Shown: positions 8,473-17,950 of the stretch, in pieces | Position numbering within the stretch: the stretch's first letter is position 1 | Layout of the letters: the number at the start of each line of letters is the position of its first letter | Origin: Dehalococcoidales bacterium | GTDB taxonomy: Bacteria; Chloroflexota; Dehalococcoidia; Dehalococcoidales; RBG-16-60-22 | Direction of reading: 5' to 3' | DNA: 55,287 nt | Assembly (NCBI GenBank): GCA_034430675.1 | Contig: DAOUEB010000048.1 | Span: 1-55,287, forward strand | Notes under the pieces: model-generated | Databases searched by the model: none | What the model saw: only the letters and a program-made list of their open reading frames with translations | What the model was told of the DNA's origin: nothing | Made by a program: the position numbers and the translations under genes

Positions 8473-9534
8473 TTACGTGGTTGAGGTCTTTTTCCTTCGC
8501 CTGAAAAGGGAGAAAAGCCGCCACCGGCGCCCGGACAATTCGTGCTTGGCATTACCCCCCATAAGCTCTACCGCCGCCTGGCGGGGGTCGGCATTTTCAT
8601 AGAGTACCCGGTAAATCTTTTCCGCAATCGGCATTTCCAGTCCGAGTTGCTGGGCCAGGTTCTGGGTGACCAGTGTGGTATTCACTCCCTCGGCTACCTC
8701 TGTCATCGATTCGGTAATCTCCGCCAGTGGGCGTCCCTTGGCCAGTTCGGTACCGACGTAGTGGTTGCGACTTAACGGGCTGGCGCAGGTGGCGATAACG
8801 TCTCCCAGGCCGGCCAGACCGGAGAAGGTAAGGGGGTTGGCTCCCAGCGTCATACCGAGGGCGGTTATTTCGGTCAGGCCCCGTGTCATGAAAGCGGCTT
8901 TGGCATTATCCCCGTACCCCAGTCCGTCGGCAATACCGGCGCCAAGCGCGATAATATTCTTTAAGGTTCCTCCCAGTTCCACCCCGATGACATCGGAATT
9001 GGTAAAGACACAGAAGTTGGGGCATGTCAGCAGTCTTTGCGCCTTCTTGGCGGTTTTCGTGTCTTCGGCGGCCACCACGGCGGCGGCGGGGTGGTTTTGC
9101 ATGATTTCCCGGGCAAGGTTGGGGCCGGAAAGCACGCAGATATTGGATTCAAAACGGGGGTCAATTTCTTCGGCGATGACCTGAGACATGCGCTTATTGC
9201 TGCCTATCTCCAGACCCTTGGCGGCACTTATTACGATGGTTGATTTGGTGAGGGAGCTGGCTACCTGTGAAATATTCTGTCGCATGGTTGCGGAAGGCAC
9301 CGGCAGAATTACGGCGCTCGCGTTGTCCAGGGCCTCGCCCATCCGGCTGGTAATCACAATCTTTTCCGGCAGGGTGATGCCGGGGAAACGGGCAGGGTCG
9401 GGGCCCTTTTTCCTGAGTTTATTGGCCTCCCGCTGCGTACGTGCCCACAGCCTGACCTCAGTTCCCTTATTGGCCAGTAGCGTTGCCAGCGTTATTCCCC
9501 AGCTGGTGGTGCCGATAACGGCAATTTTCTGCAT
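8473..9534 (-). CDS. gpsA: NAD(P)H-dependent glycerol-3-phosphate dehydrogenase
   Basis: N-terminal IAVIGTTSWG Rossmann motif. Typical GpsA core (LKNIIALGAGIADGLGYGDNAKAA). Confidence 0.9.
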   Translation of the reverse strand: MQKIAVIGTTSWGITLATLLANKGTEVRLWARTQREANKLRKKGPDPARFPGITLPEKIVITSRMGEALDNASAVILPVPSATMRQNISQVASSLTKSTIVISAAKGLEIGSNKRMSQVIAEEIDPRFESNICVLSGPNLAREIMQNHPAAAVVAAEDTKTAKKAQRLLTCPNFCVFTNSDVIGVELGGTLKNIIALGAGIADGLGYGDNAKAAFMTRGLTEITALGMTLGANPLTFSGLAGLGDVIATCASPLSRNHYVGTELAKGRPLAEITESMTEVAEGVNTTLVTQNLAQQLGLEMPIAEKIYRVLYENADPRQAAVELMGGNAKHELSGRRWRLFSLFRRRKKTSTT

Positions 9535-9572
9535 TTTTTACAGCCTGCACTTCCTGGTGTGGATTGGATGCT

Positions 9573-10274
9573 CTATTCAGGGTTGTTGGACGAAGGAGAA
9601 GGTTCAGCCTTTGGCTTATCGCCTATCTTGCGCTCGGTGCCGGATACTAACCGGAGGATATTATCGCGGTGCATGACGTAGATAAATATAGCGCATATCA
9701 TGGCGTAAGTTACGTATTCAATCGGCGGAAATGGTTTTAAGAAGTCTATTCTCAGGATGTTTAACGCTATCAGCATGATGAAGGCGGTAACGGCCCCGAT
9801 GATGGAGCCGAGTGACATGAACCTGGTCCTGAAGCCGATGATGAGTATAAGCCCCCCGCCGACGACAGCCGCGGGCCAGTACAGAGCCATCAGTCCGCCG
9901 ATAAAAGTGGCTACCCCACGCCCGCCCTGGAACTTGAGGAATATGGACCAGCTGTGCCCGGCAATCGCCGATAGGGCCGCCAGTACCTTGGCGCTTTCAA
10001 GCCAGGTAAAGCCGCCAGTCGCGGCCGTGCTGTAATCGCTGAATATCAGTCCGGCCAAGATGACCGCCAGTGCGCCTTTGCCCATATCTAAAAGTAGTGA
10101 AAGGGCCGCCGCTTTTTTACCCGCCGCCCGCAGCACATTGGTCGTGCCTATCTTGCCGCTGCCGACCTGCCTGACATCTTTTTTAGCGAAAGCCCGGCCT
10201 ATCAACAGGCCGAAGGGTATGGAACCGATAAGGTAACCCGTCAGTATTACGGCAATGTACAGGCCAGCTATCAT
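9573..10274 (-). CDS. plsY: Glycerol-3-phosphate acyltransferase PlsY
   Basis: YLIGSIPFG, SGKIGTTN and FKGGRG-like (FQGGRGVAT) motifs. Polytopic membrane protein. Confidence 0.9.
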   Translation of the reverse strand: MIAGLYIAVILTGYLIGSIPFGLLIGRAFAKKDVRQVGSGKIGTTNVLRAAGKKAAALSLLLDMGKGALAVILAGLIFSDYSTAATGGFTWLESAKVLAALSAIAGHSWSIFLKFQGGRGVATFIGGLMALYWPAAVVGGGLILIIGFRTRFMSLGSIIGAVTAFIMLIALNILRIDFLKPFPPIEYVTYAMICAIFIYVMHRDNILRLVSGTERKIGDKPKAEPSPSSNNPE

Positions 10275-11632
10275 GATTCACCCCTTGTCTTGAAAATCAA
10301 ACGAAGCGGTGTACCGAAAAAGCCGAATGCCTCGCGTAATTTGTTTTCCAGATAGCGACGGTAGGAGAAGTGGATCAGTCTGGCGTCGTTGGTAAAGAAG
10401 ACAAAGGTTGGCGGGTTAACTTCCGCCTGGGTGGCGTAGAAGACCTTAAGTTGTTTATTCTTAATTCTCGGCCGGTTATGGGAGACAACCGCCTGCTGGA
10501 CGACGCTATTTACCGTGGCGGTGGATAACCTTTTAAGCCTCTCCTGGTAGACCTGGCTTACCTGAGGCATGATTCTCTCTACTCCCTGTCCTGATTTAGC
10601 CGAAGTATATAATATCGGTGCGTAAGAGGCAAACTTGAACTGGCTCTTGATGAATTTATTCCACCCGGCTATGTCTTTATTTTCAATCAGGTCCCACTTA
10701 TTAACGATAATCACGATACCCTTGGCGGCCTTCTGGATATACCCGGCAATATGTGTGTCCTGGGTGGTCACCGCCTCGGTGGCATCGAGAATCAGCAGGG
10801 CAATATCGGCCCGGTCAATAGCCCGGAGGGTCCGGATGACGCTGTAACGTTCTACCCCGGCTTTTACCCGTCCCCGCCGTCTGACGCCGGCCGTATCAAT
10901 AAGTAACACATTTTGGCCGTTAAAGTCAAACAGCGTATCGACGGCATCGCGGGTGGTCCCCGGTGTATCGTCGACAATAGCCCGCTTATCGCCTACCAGC
11001 GCGTTTAACAGCATCGACTTGCCCACATTGGGTCGCCCGACGATGGCTACCTTGACGGCTTCTGTTTCAGTCGCAACTGGTGGCGGGGGTGGCAGCAGGG
11101 AGACTATCCGGTCCAGTAGCTCGGCAACGCCGCGGCCGTGATGGGTGCTGATAGCCATGGGTTCTCCAAGTCCCAGTTCGTAAAATTCCAGGGCTTCCAT
11201 TTCCAGCCGGTCATTATCGGCCTTATTGACCGCCAGCAGTACCGGCTTGTTAGCGCGGCGGAGCATATCGGCGACTTCAAAATCGGACCGTGTTATACCA
11301 TCGATGACGTCTACCAGGTCGATGATAACGTCGGCATCACTGATGGCCGTCTCTATCTGCGCTCTGATACCCTGAGCGATAGTGGTATCGGGCTCCATCT
11401 CCAGGCCGCCGGTATCAATGAGGGTAAATTCGACCCCCTGCCAGTTGACATCGGCCAGATTGCGGTCGCGGGTTGTCCCCGGTATATCCTCGATGATAGC
11501 CAGAGGTTTACCCACAACCCGGTTGAGGAGAGTAGATTTGCCGGCATTAGGCCGGCCAACGATGGCGACAATAGGTCTGATCATGGATATTTTCTTTCCA
11601 TTGGAATATTCGGTCAAATGGAGGGGGGTCAT
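10271..11632 (-). CDS. der: Ribosome-associated GTPase Der/EngA
   Basis: Two tandem GTPase domains (GRPNAGKST and GRPNVGKS P-loops; DTGG and DTAG) plus a KH-like C-terminus. An alternative start at 11584 (MIRPIVAIVG) is plausible. Confidence 0.9.
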   Translation of the reverse strand: MTPLHLTEYSNGKKISMIRPIVAIVGRPNAGKSTLLNRVVGKPLAIIEDIPGTTRDRNLADVNWQGVEFTLIDTGGLEMEPDTTIAQGIRAQIETAISDADVIIDLVDVIDGITRSDFEVADMLRRANKPVLLAVNKADNDRLEMEALEFYELGLGEPMAISTHHGRGVAELLDRIVSLLPPPPPVATETEAVKVAIVGRPNVGKSMLLNALVGDKRAIVDDTPGTTRDAVDTLFDFNGQNVLLIDTAGVRRRGRVKAGVERYSVIRTLRAIDRADIALLILDATEAVTTQDTHIAGYIQKAAKGIVIIVNKWDLIENKDIAGWNKFIKSQFKFASYAPILYTSAKSGQGVERIMPQVSQVYQERLKRLSTATVNSVVQQAVVSHNRPRIKNKQLKVFYATQAEVNPPTFVFFTNDARLIHFSYRRYLENKLREAFGFFGTPLRLIFKTRGES

Positions 11633-12282
11633 CTCTTTCCGGGCAGCTCGCGGGCCAGTTTCACGCTGGGGGCTTCAATCTGAGTCCGGGCGATAGTTTT
11701 CAACTCCATAATAGTGTTACGGAAGTTCTCCACAAAGGCGTTATACTCCGTAACGAACCGGTTGTACTGCTCTATTACATTCTTGGGGACTTCGAACTTA
11801 TCGACTATTTCACAGAACTGGTCCGTGAAATCATAGTAGTGGTTGTTGATTGCCCATAATTCGTTAAGGTGGGTGTGTAAAAAGGTGGAGTACCTTCGGT
11901 TCCTGAGGTCGGTTTCCACCCTGGTGGCGAAGTGGTCCGTCCACGAGTCGAAGACACGATGCGCCATTTCGCAGCCCCTGGCCCATTCCCATACCTGAGG
12001 ATTCTCGATGCTGAAGAGGTTATCTATCACGGCAAAGATGGAAAGCGACGAATTGCCCATAAAACGCCGGTTGAAATAAGAGGCCAGTTGTGTCAACCTC
12101 ACCGATTGTAACTCGAGTTGATTCTTCCTGGCGTTGATGATGGCTACTATCAGCCCGACGCATAAAATAACTACCAGAACCGGTATTATGATATTGATTG
12201 ATAAATCGTAGACCAGACTGACGACGGCTATGGCGGTTATTAAAGCCGGATACCAACCGCGACTTATAATATTCCTAAACAT
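11629..12282 (-). CDS. Hypothetical membrane-anchored protein (two N-terminal TM helices)
   Basis: A 217-aa ORF whose stop overlaps the der start by 4 nt. I recognise no family. Confidence 0.5.
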   Translation of the reverse strand: MFRNIISRGWYPALITAIAVVSLVYDLSINIIIPVLVVILCVGLIVAIINARKNQLELQSVRLTQLASYFNRRFMGNSSLSIFAVIDNLFSIENPQVWEWARGCEMAHRVFDSWTDHFATRVETDLRNRRYSTFLHTHLNELWAINNHYYDFTDQFCEIVDKFEVPKNVIEQYNRFVTEYNAFVENFRNTIMELKTIARTQIEAPSVKLARELPGKR

Positions 12283-12295
12283 ATTGCCTCCATCT

Positions 12296-13237
12296 TTAAT
12301 GGTAATCGGGCAGTGGTATCTCCAGGCCGCCCAGCATTTCCGCCAGCAGCGCCTTCTGGGCGTGCAATCTATTTTCAGCCTGGTCGAAGACCACCGACTG
12401 CGGGCAGTACAGGATGTTTTCGGCTACCTCCTCGCCATGGTGAGCGGGCAGGGGGTGCATCAATATAGCGTCTTCCTTCGCCAGGGAGAGCAGTTTCTCA
12501 TCTACCTGATAAGCGGCAAATATCTGGCGTCGATGTTCGGCTTCGGCCTCCTGCCCCATACTGGCCCAGACATCGGTATAAATGACGTCAGCATCGGTAG
12601 CCGCCTGGTGCGGCTCTTCCGTGCAGTATATCTCCGCGCCGCTTTCGGCGGCGTATTCTTGAGCCTGCTGCAATATTCCTTCCTCGACCTGGTAGCCGCT
12701 GGGAGAAGCTATCCGGAAGTTCATCCCGCTGAGGGAAGCCGCCAGCATGAGGCTGTGTGCCGTATTATTGCCGTCGCCGATAAAGGCCAGAGTCAAGCCC
12801 TCGAGTGTTTCCTTGTGCTCGTGAATGGTCAGAATATCGGCCAGAGCCTGGCACGGGTGTTCCAGGTCGGACAGGGCGTTAATTACGGGTATGTCGGCAT
12901 ATCTGGCCAGAGTCGCCAGGGTCTGGTGAGAAAAGGTGCGGGCGGCGATGGCATTGGCATAGCGACTGAGCACCCGGGCGACATCGGGGACCGACTCGCG
13001 TTTTCCCAGTCCGACCTCCTCCGGAGAGAGGTAAAGGCAGTGTCCTCCCATCTGCCGCATGGCGACGTCGAAGCTCACCCGCGTTCTTGTTGACGGTTTT
13101 TCAAACATCAGTATGAGCACCTTCTCAGTCAGCAGGGAGCTCCAGCCCTCGGTCTTCATAATAACGGCATTGGATATGAGCCGTCGTATATCCTCGGGGG
13201 TGAGGTCGGAGATGGAAAGAAAATCTTTGCTGTTCAA
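12296..13237 (-). CDS. argF: Ornithine carbamoyltransferase
   Basis: STRTRVSF carbamoyl-phosphate motif, DVWASMG and HPLPAHHGEEV motifs. Confidence 0.85.
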   Translation of the reverse strand: MNSKDFLSISDLTPEDIRRLISNAVIMKTEGWSSLLTEKVLILMFEKPSTRTRVSFDVAMRQMGGHCLYLSPEEVGLGKRESVPDVARVLSRYANAIAARTFSHQTLATLARYADIPVINALSDLEHPCQALADILTIHEHKETLEGLTLAFIGDGNNTAHSLMLAASLSGMNFRIASPSGYQVEEGILQQAQEYAAESGAEIYCTEEPHQAATDADVIYTDVWASMGQEAEAEHRRQIFAAYQVDEKLLSLAKEDAILMHPLPAHHGEEVAENILYCPQSVVFDQAENRLHAQKALLAEMLGGLEIPLPDYH

Positions 13238-13342
13238 GTTAACCTCCCGTATGCCACCAGTATATCACGAAAAACGGTTTATTCAATAGCGGCAAACTTG
13301 ACACATTACGAAATACTTAACTAATATTCAGTTAAGCGGGAG

Positions 13343-13603
13343 GTGATTATGGCCGAGAGTGAAAGGTTCACGGTATCAGGCAGCCAGGTGGTGGAAAAGG
13401 TAAAACAGCTGATACGTGAAGGCAATGTCAGGAGAGTGCGCTTGCTGCATGACAGAAGGACGGTGTTTGACATTCCACTTACTATCGGCGCGCCGGTGGC
13501 CGTGGCGGGCATTCTGGCCGCACCCGTACTGGCGGCAATCGGCGCCTTTGCGGCGCTGGTGACCGAGTGCACCATAGAGGTGGAGAAGGAAGAAGAGAAA
13601 TAG
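13343..13603 (+). CDS. DUF4342-like small protein
   Basis: The pattern FTVSGSQVVEKVKQLIREGNVRRVRL followed by a hydrophobic AAPVLAAIGAFAALVTECTIEVEK tail is typical of DUF4342. Confidence 0.6.
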   Translation: MIMAESERFTVSGSQVVEKVKQLIREGNVRRVRLLHDRRTVFDIPLTIGAPVAVAGILAAPVLAAIGAFAALVTECTIEVEKEEEK

Positions 13604-13659
13604 GGCGGTCTGGGATTGCACCAGCATCTATTTCTCTACCATCGTTAGAGTAGGTCTGC

Positions 13660-14295
13660 ATGGTAGAAATAATTTTAGCAAGGCACGGCGAGACCGATTG
13701 GAATACGGGTGAAATCTTTCGCGGCCGGGCGGATGTCGGTTTGAACGAGACCGGGTTGCGGCAGGCGGAGCTGCTGGGCGATTACCTGAGCGGTGAGAAA
13801 ATCGATTTTATTTACTCCAGCCCCCTGAAACGTGCCGTGCAGACCGCCGAGGCTATCGCCCAACCCCGGGCGGTGGACGTAAACATCGTCCAGAACCTTA
13901 TTGATTTCGATTACGGGGAGTGGCAGGGCTTGTCTCATCGGGAGGTGAAAGAAAAGTACCCGGAGCTTTACCAGGACTGGCGGGACACTCCCGAGCAGGT
14001 GAGAATCCCCGGTGGTGAAAGCCTGGAAGAAGTCAGGAGCCGGGCCATATCTTTCGTTGAGGACGCGGTCATGAGATGCGGGGAGGGGAAGATTGTCTTC
14101 GTGTCGCATCGCGTCGTGAACAAGGTGCTCACCTGCTCTTTACTGGGGCTGGGTAATGCTCACTTCTGGAATATAAGACTGGATACAGGTGGTATTACCC
14201 GTTTTAATTGTGGTGATGGCAGAGTGGTGCTTACCAGTCACAATGATACCTCTTATTTGAAACCTGTTCAGGGTATGCCTCTGAACGATTTCTGA
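13660..14295 (+). CDS. Histidine phosphatase family protein (phosphoglycerate mutase / alpha-ribazole phosphatase-like)
   Basis: RHGETDWN catalytic motif and the downstream SHR/H motif. Confidence 0.8.
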   Translation: MVEIILARHGETDWNTGEIFRGRADVGLNETGLRQAELLGDYLSGEKIDFIYSSPLKRAVQTAEAIAQPRAVDVNIVQNLIDFDYGEWQGLSHREVKEKYPELYQDWRDTPEQVRIPGGESLEEVRSRAISFVEDAVMRCGEGKIVFVSHRVVNKVLTCSLLGLGNAHFWNIRLDTGGITRFNCGDGRVVLTSHNDTSYLKPVQGMPLNDF

Positions 14296-14371
14296 TTTTT
14301 AGCTGTAATCCCTTTACAGAGTAGGCCAGGGGGGTTACAATGCTTATAGCAATTCTTAGAAACGGGGGGTA

Positions 14372-14656
14372 ATGACCGTGAGCATTGAATGGTTCCGTGA
14401 CCTGGTGGTGTGTATTTTCGGGCTTGGGACGATGGTAGCCGTCATCATCCTGGCGGTGCTGGCTTTAATTCTTTATATAAAAATTCAGCCTGTAATCAAG
14501 TCCGTTAAGACAACTACAAAGACCGTGGAGAATATCTCTTCCTGTGTGGAAGAGGAAGTGGTCAAGCCTCTGGCCCAGGTAGCCGCTTTCGTTCAGGGTA
14601 TCCGGCAGGCAGTTGGCATGGTTAGTAAGTTTACCAAAAAGAAGGAGGAAGATTAG
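14372..14656 (+). CDS. DUF948-like membrane-anchored coiled-coil protein
   Basis: One N-terminal TM helix followed by a helical region. It is adjacent to a YtxH-like gene, as in Firmicutes. Confidence 0.45.
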   Translation: MTVSIEWFRDLVVCIFGLGTMVAVIILAVLALILYIKIQPVIKSVKTTTKTVENISSCVEEEVVKPLAQVAAFVQGIRQAVGMVSKFTKKKEED

Positions 14657-14657
14657 A

Positions 14658-14894
14658 ATGAGTGACAAAGATTCTGGAAGCAGCTTTGCCATCGGTTTTC
14701 TCATTGGCGCTATCACCGGTGTGGCTATCGGCTTTCTCTACGCTCCTAAAGCCGGTAAGGAGACCAGGGTGCTATTGAGGGAAAAAGCGGGTGAAATTAA
14801 AGAAAAAGCGGATGAAGTAACCGAAAAAGCGAAGGAAGCGGCTTTAGAGGCCGGGAAGAGAGTGAGAGGCAAATTCGGGACTAAGGAAGAATAA
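14658..14894 (+). CDS. YtxH domain protein
   Basis: GFLIGAITGVAIGFLYAPKAGKETR motif. I moved the start to ATG 14658, after GGAGG, rather than the track start at 14613. Confidence 0.65.
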   Translation: MSDKDSGSSFAIGFLIGAITGVAIGFLYAPKAGKETRVLLREKAGEIKEKADEVTEKAKEAALEAGKRVRGKFGTKEE

Positions 14895-14956
14895 GGCAAG
14901 ATAAAGGCCCTTTCTTTGTATGCCGAAGTCAGATAATTAGTTGAGTACCGTAATAA

Positions 14957-16078
14957 TTGACGAATGCATTAGTTAAACACTGGCGCCTGGTAGCTTTAGC
15001 ACTGGGTATCGTTATATTTGTCTGGGTTCTCTACCTGTTGAGAGCCTTCGTGCTTCCTTTTGCTGTCGGGCTGGTCCTTGCCTATCTTTTGATGCCACTG
15101 GTAACCTGGCTGGAAAAGAGGTTACCTCCCCGTAATAAATGGTTGAGTTTCAAACGGGTCTTTTCCGTAGTAGTCGCTTTTATATTACTTATTGCCATTA
15201 TCGGTGGTTTCATCTATGTCGTGGTTACGGCTGTCATTGATGCTTCGGTTAAACTGGTAGAAAGCGCCCCTTATTTCATCAGCCAGAGTATCCTGCGGGT
15301 ACAGCAATGGATTGAAGGGGTAATCACCAATTTACCTGTGGAGATACAGGAGGAATTGACCCAGGAGCTTGTTCAGGGTGGTATCTCTCTGGGCAATTCC
15401 ATTCGTGATGCTTTGTTGGGCATGGTTTCGTCTATCCCCAGTGCCTTCAGCCTGTTTCTTGGTTTTGCCGTATTGCCATTCTTCCTTTTTTATATACTGA
15501 AGGACTCGGAGAAGCTGAAGAAGGGTTTGTCTTCGGCATTACCCGCAGGTGTCGTCTGGCATGGCCGGAATGTGGTCACTATTATAGAGAGGGTGCTGGG
15601 GAGGTATATCAGGGCCCAGTTAATGCTGGGACTGATTGTCGGGTATTTCTCTTTCGTCGGACTACTGCTGCTTAAAGTCCCGTTTCCTCTGGCACTGGCT
15701 CTGCTGGCGGGTGTATCCGAGCTTATCCCCACACTGGGGCCGTGGATTGGCGGCGCGGTGGCGGTGGTAGTGGCCCTGGCGATGGCCCCGGATAAAGCGA
15801 TATGGGTGATTGTTCTCTATCTGGGTATCCAACTGGTGGAGAATAATCTGCTGGTGCCTAAAGTCCAGAGCGCCTATCTGCGTATCCACCCGGCCGTGAT
15901 GATAGTCCTGCTCGTCTTCGGGGCTTATGTGGCCGGTTTCTGGGGGATACTGTTAATCGGGCCGCTGACGGCTACCCTCGTAGAAATCTTCAAGTACGTG
16001 CGCGAGCAATATTATGCCCAGAATCCCCCTGAAATGTTAGAGCCCCCCGCCTCCCCCGAACCTGTAGAATCCCCTTAA
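14957..16078 (+). CDS. AI-2E family transporter (PerM/UPF0118)
   Basis: Polytopic membrane protein with the typical LSELIPTLGPWIGG-like motif (VSELIPTLGPWIGGAVAV). Confidence 0.8.
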   Translation: MTNALVKHWRLVALALGIVIFVWVLYLLRAFVLPFAVGLVLAYLLMPLVTWLEKRLPPRNKWLSFKRVFSVVVAFILLIAIIGGFIYVVVTAVIDASVKLVESAPYFISQSILRVQQWIEGVITNLPVEIQEELTQELVQGGISLGNSIRDALLGMVSSIPSAFSLFLGFAVLPFFLFYILKDSEKLKKGLSSALPAGVVWHGRNVVTIIERVLGRYIRAQLMLGLIVGYFSFVGLLLLKVPFPLALALLAGVSELIPTLGPWIGGAVAVVVALAMAPDKAIWVIVLYLGIQLVENNLLVPKVQSAYLRIHPAVMIVLLVFGAYVAGFWGILLIGPLTATLVEIFKYVREQYYAQNPPEMLEPPASPEPVESP

Positions 16079-16091
16079 CCCCGCCCCCTCC

Positions 16092-16162
16092 TGTCATTGC
16101 GAGGAACGTAGTGACGTGCCTGCACACCGAAGTGCGTTATGGCACGCAGGCGTGGCAATCTC
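16092..16162. repeat. Family-A repeat unit with an internal ~36-nt insert
   Basis: tgtcattgcgaggaacgtagtgacg ... tggcaatctc. The first 24 nt are identical to the copy at 2118. Confidence 0.75.
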
Positions 16163-16254
16163 AATTTATCGCCATTTCAGCCTTTTCCATATTGTCATTA
16201 TTGTCATTACAGCCCCGTATCGGTGTATGGGGTAAACTCCGGCTGGAATCCAGG

Positions 16255-16385
16255 CCGCCCCCTCGTTGTTATCTTTTCCCACCCAGGCTTGCCCGCCGTA
16301 GCTCTCACCTGCCAAAGCTCAGGAGGAGCGGCGAGCAGGTTAGCGTAGGCGGGCCGCCCTCGTGGCATTTGAGGCTTAGGCCGTG
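16255..16385 (+). repeat. Family-C dispersed repeat, copy 1
   Basis: Shares gttatcttttcccaccc, cttgcccgccg and gcgtaggcgggccgccc blocks with the reverse complement of 30345-30445. Track ORFs 16111..16386 and 30327..30599 both translate it as CYLFPPRLARRS. Confidence 0.75.
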
Positions 16386-16607
16386 AGATATGCTCCCATT
16401 CCCCTTACTTTGGGAATTGATGATAAGGTAGGGAGACACACTTTTAGACGGCGTTGCACATTCTTTCGGGTTTCTAGAAAAAGCAAAAAAGCTTGATGGA
16501 GGCATGAAATATAATCAGAGTTGTAATTAATTGATATTTTTGCTAAATTACTCGACAAACTAAATTATTTGTTTTACCATATGTTTGTTGTTTATAAGGG
16601 CAAGCAT

Positions 16608-17111
16608 ATGGCTAAAGCAAGAGTAGTCTCGGATAGATTAGCAAAGTTAAGTTGTGGAGAATGGCTGGAGAAAGTCGGTTTTGAAGATGTTAAACCGGCA
16701 AGGAATCAAAGCTGTGATTTGATAGCTAGTAAATCTGGTAAGACATATTTTATTGAAATTAAGTATTCTTCAAAAGAGGAGGGTAACTTTTTCGGTACAG
16801 TTATGCTAACTGAAATGTATCAGGCGATATGTAACAAAGAAAATTATCTGTTTTTAGTATGCCGAGGCATAGGTAACGATATAAATGATTGGTTTTTTAA
16901 GTTGTTCAGTGTTAAAGATTTTATTAAATGTTGCACATTAACAACGCCTATTTTCCTTTATCACTTGGATGTGAGAGATTCTGATGTTTTGGCTGCTCCT
17001 AGTTTCTCAGAAAATACTACACTAGCTTCAGAGAAATTAATAAGGAAAATGTGGAAAGATTTCCAGAAGTGGAAATCACAACGGAAGGTGTATAATGGAG
17101 GTAAATCGTAA
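16608..17111 (+). CDS. PD-(D/E)xK nuclease-fold protein (restriction endonuclease-like), AT-rich islet
   Basis: CDLIASKSGKTYFIEIKY fits D-x(n)-E-x-K, preceded by GEWLE. I moved the start to ATG 16608. Confidence 0.45.
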   Translation: MAKARVVSDRLAKLSCGEWLEKVGFEDVKPARNQSCDLIASKSGKTYFIEIKYSSKEEGNFFGTVMLTEMYQAICNKENYLFLVCRGIGNDINDWFFKLFSVKDFIKCCTLTTPIFLYHLDVRDSDVLAAPSFSENTTLASEKLIRKMWKDFQKWKSQRKVYNGGKS

Positions 17112-17326
17112 TGAATAGCAGAAAGTATGTTTTAACTAAGTACGAAACGATACAGCGAACTGAAAAAGTTGAATATATAGTGGAGATTCCAGTTAATATC
17201 AGGAATAAAACAGAATACGCTGATGAGCAAGTGTTTGATAATAATTATGTTGATTATAAGGTGGTAGATATAGTCGATAGTGAGAAGCTTGATGAAGAAA
17301 TTTGTAGTCTGCGAAAGTCTAGTTAA
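17111..17326 (+). CDS. Small acidic protein translationally coupled to the nuclease-like ORF
   Basis: TAATG stop/start overlap at 17109-17113. 71 aa, D/E-rich. No recognisable family. Confidence 0.4.
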   Translation: MNSRKYVLTKYETIQRTEKVEYIVEIPVNIRNKTEYADEQVFDNNYVDYKVVDIVDSEKLDEEICSLRKSS

Positions 17327-17501
17327 GGAAAAGAGTTTAAAAGATACTTCATCAATAGCCTCTAGATAAATATTATCATTTTACCACTCACTCTCCCTTC
17401 ACGCCTCTCGTTACGTACAACCGCACCGCTTGGAGTTGCCAGCCTTATAGATGTTGTGTTAGCATAGGTATTCATATATATATAAAAATCGGGTCAATAT
17501 C

Positions 17502-17699
17502 GTGAAGTTTAGCGAATTGGTCAGACTGCTTGAAAAGAATGGATTTGAGCTTATACGTGAAAAAGGCTCTATCCGTTATTATACAAAGCCCGGACTGGAC
17601 AAGTTGATTAGAGTCGATTATCATGGTTCTAGGGAGATACCCTCGGGCACCTGTGAAGCCGTTTTAAAAGCGGCCGGCATTAAGAAAAAAGGTAAGTAG
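17502..17699 (+). CDS. hicA: HicA-family toxin (mRNA interferase-like)
   Basis: MKFSELVRLLEKNGFELIREKGS matches the HicA/YcfA N-terminal pattern. GTG start. Note GSIRYY where many HicA proteins have GSH. Confidence 0.7.
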   Translation: MKFSELVRLLEKNGFELIREKGSIRYYTKPGLDKLIRVDYHGSREIPSGTCEAVLKAAGIKKKGK

Positions 17700-17701
17700 C
17701 G

Positions 17702-17950
17702 ATGATAGAACTAAAATATTCTTTGGTGATAGAAGCCACCGAAGACCCCACCTTCTTTACCTTCTTCTCAACTGACCTGGAAGGTTTTACCGGCGTGGGG
17801 CATTCTGTGGAGGACTGTCTTTATCAGGCAAAGTGGGGCATGGAAGAATATATCGCTCTCCTTAAAGAGCGCGGTCTACCCGTTTTAAAACCCAATTCTG
17901 AACCTACCGTCGTAATAAGGAACACGGAACGGTTTTCAGCCGTTAGATAG
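17702..17950 (+). CDS. hicB: HicB-family antitoxin (N-terminal domain only)
   Basis: The pattern YSLVIEATEDPTFFTFFSTDLEGFTGVGHSVEDCLYQAKWGMEEYI is typical of HicB/UPF0150. It starts 3 nt after hicA. Confidence 0.65.
   Translation: MIELKYSLVIEATEDPTFFTFFSTDLEGFTGVGHSVEDCLYQAKWGMEEYIALLKERGLPVLKPNSEPTVVIRNTERFSAVR

Noticed and set aside
16255-16385. Family-C repeat as a riboswitch or small RNA gene.
   Set aside because: The two copies have different flanking contexts and orientations relative to neighbouring genes, and one carries a 35-nt indel. No known riboswitch core motif is recognisable. A dispersed repeat explains it better.
16111-16386. ORFs 16111..16386 (+), 16139..16348 (+) and 30327..30599 (-), which share the peptide CYLFPPRLARRS.
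   Set aside because: The similarity reflects translation of the family-C DNA repeat. There is no RBS, and the ORF boundaries are not conserved between the two copies.
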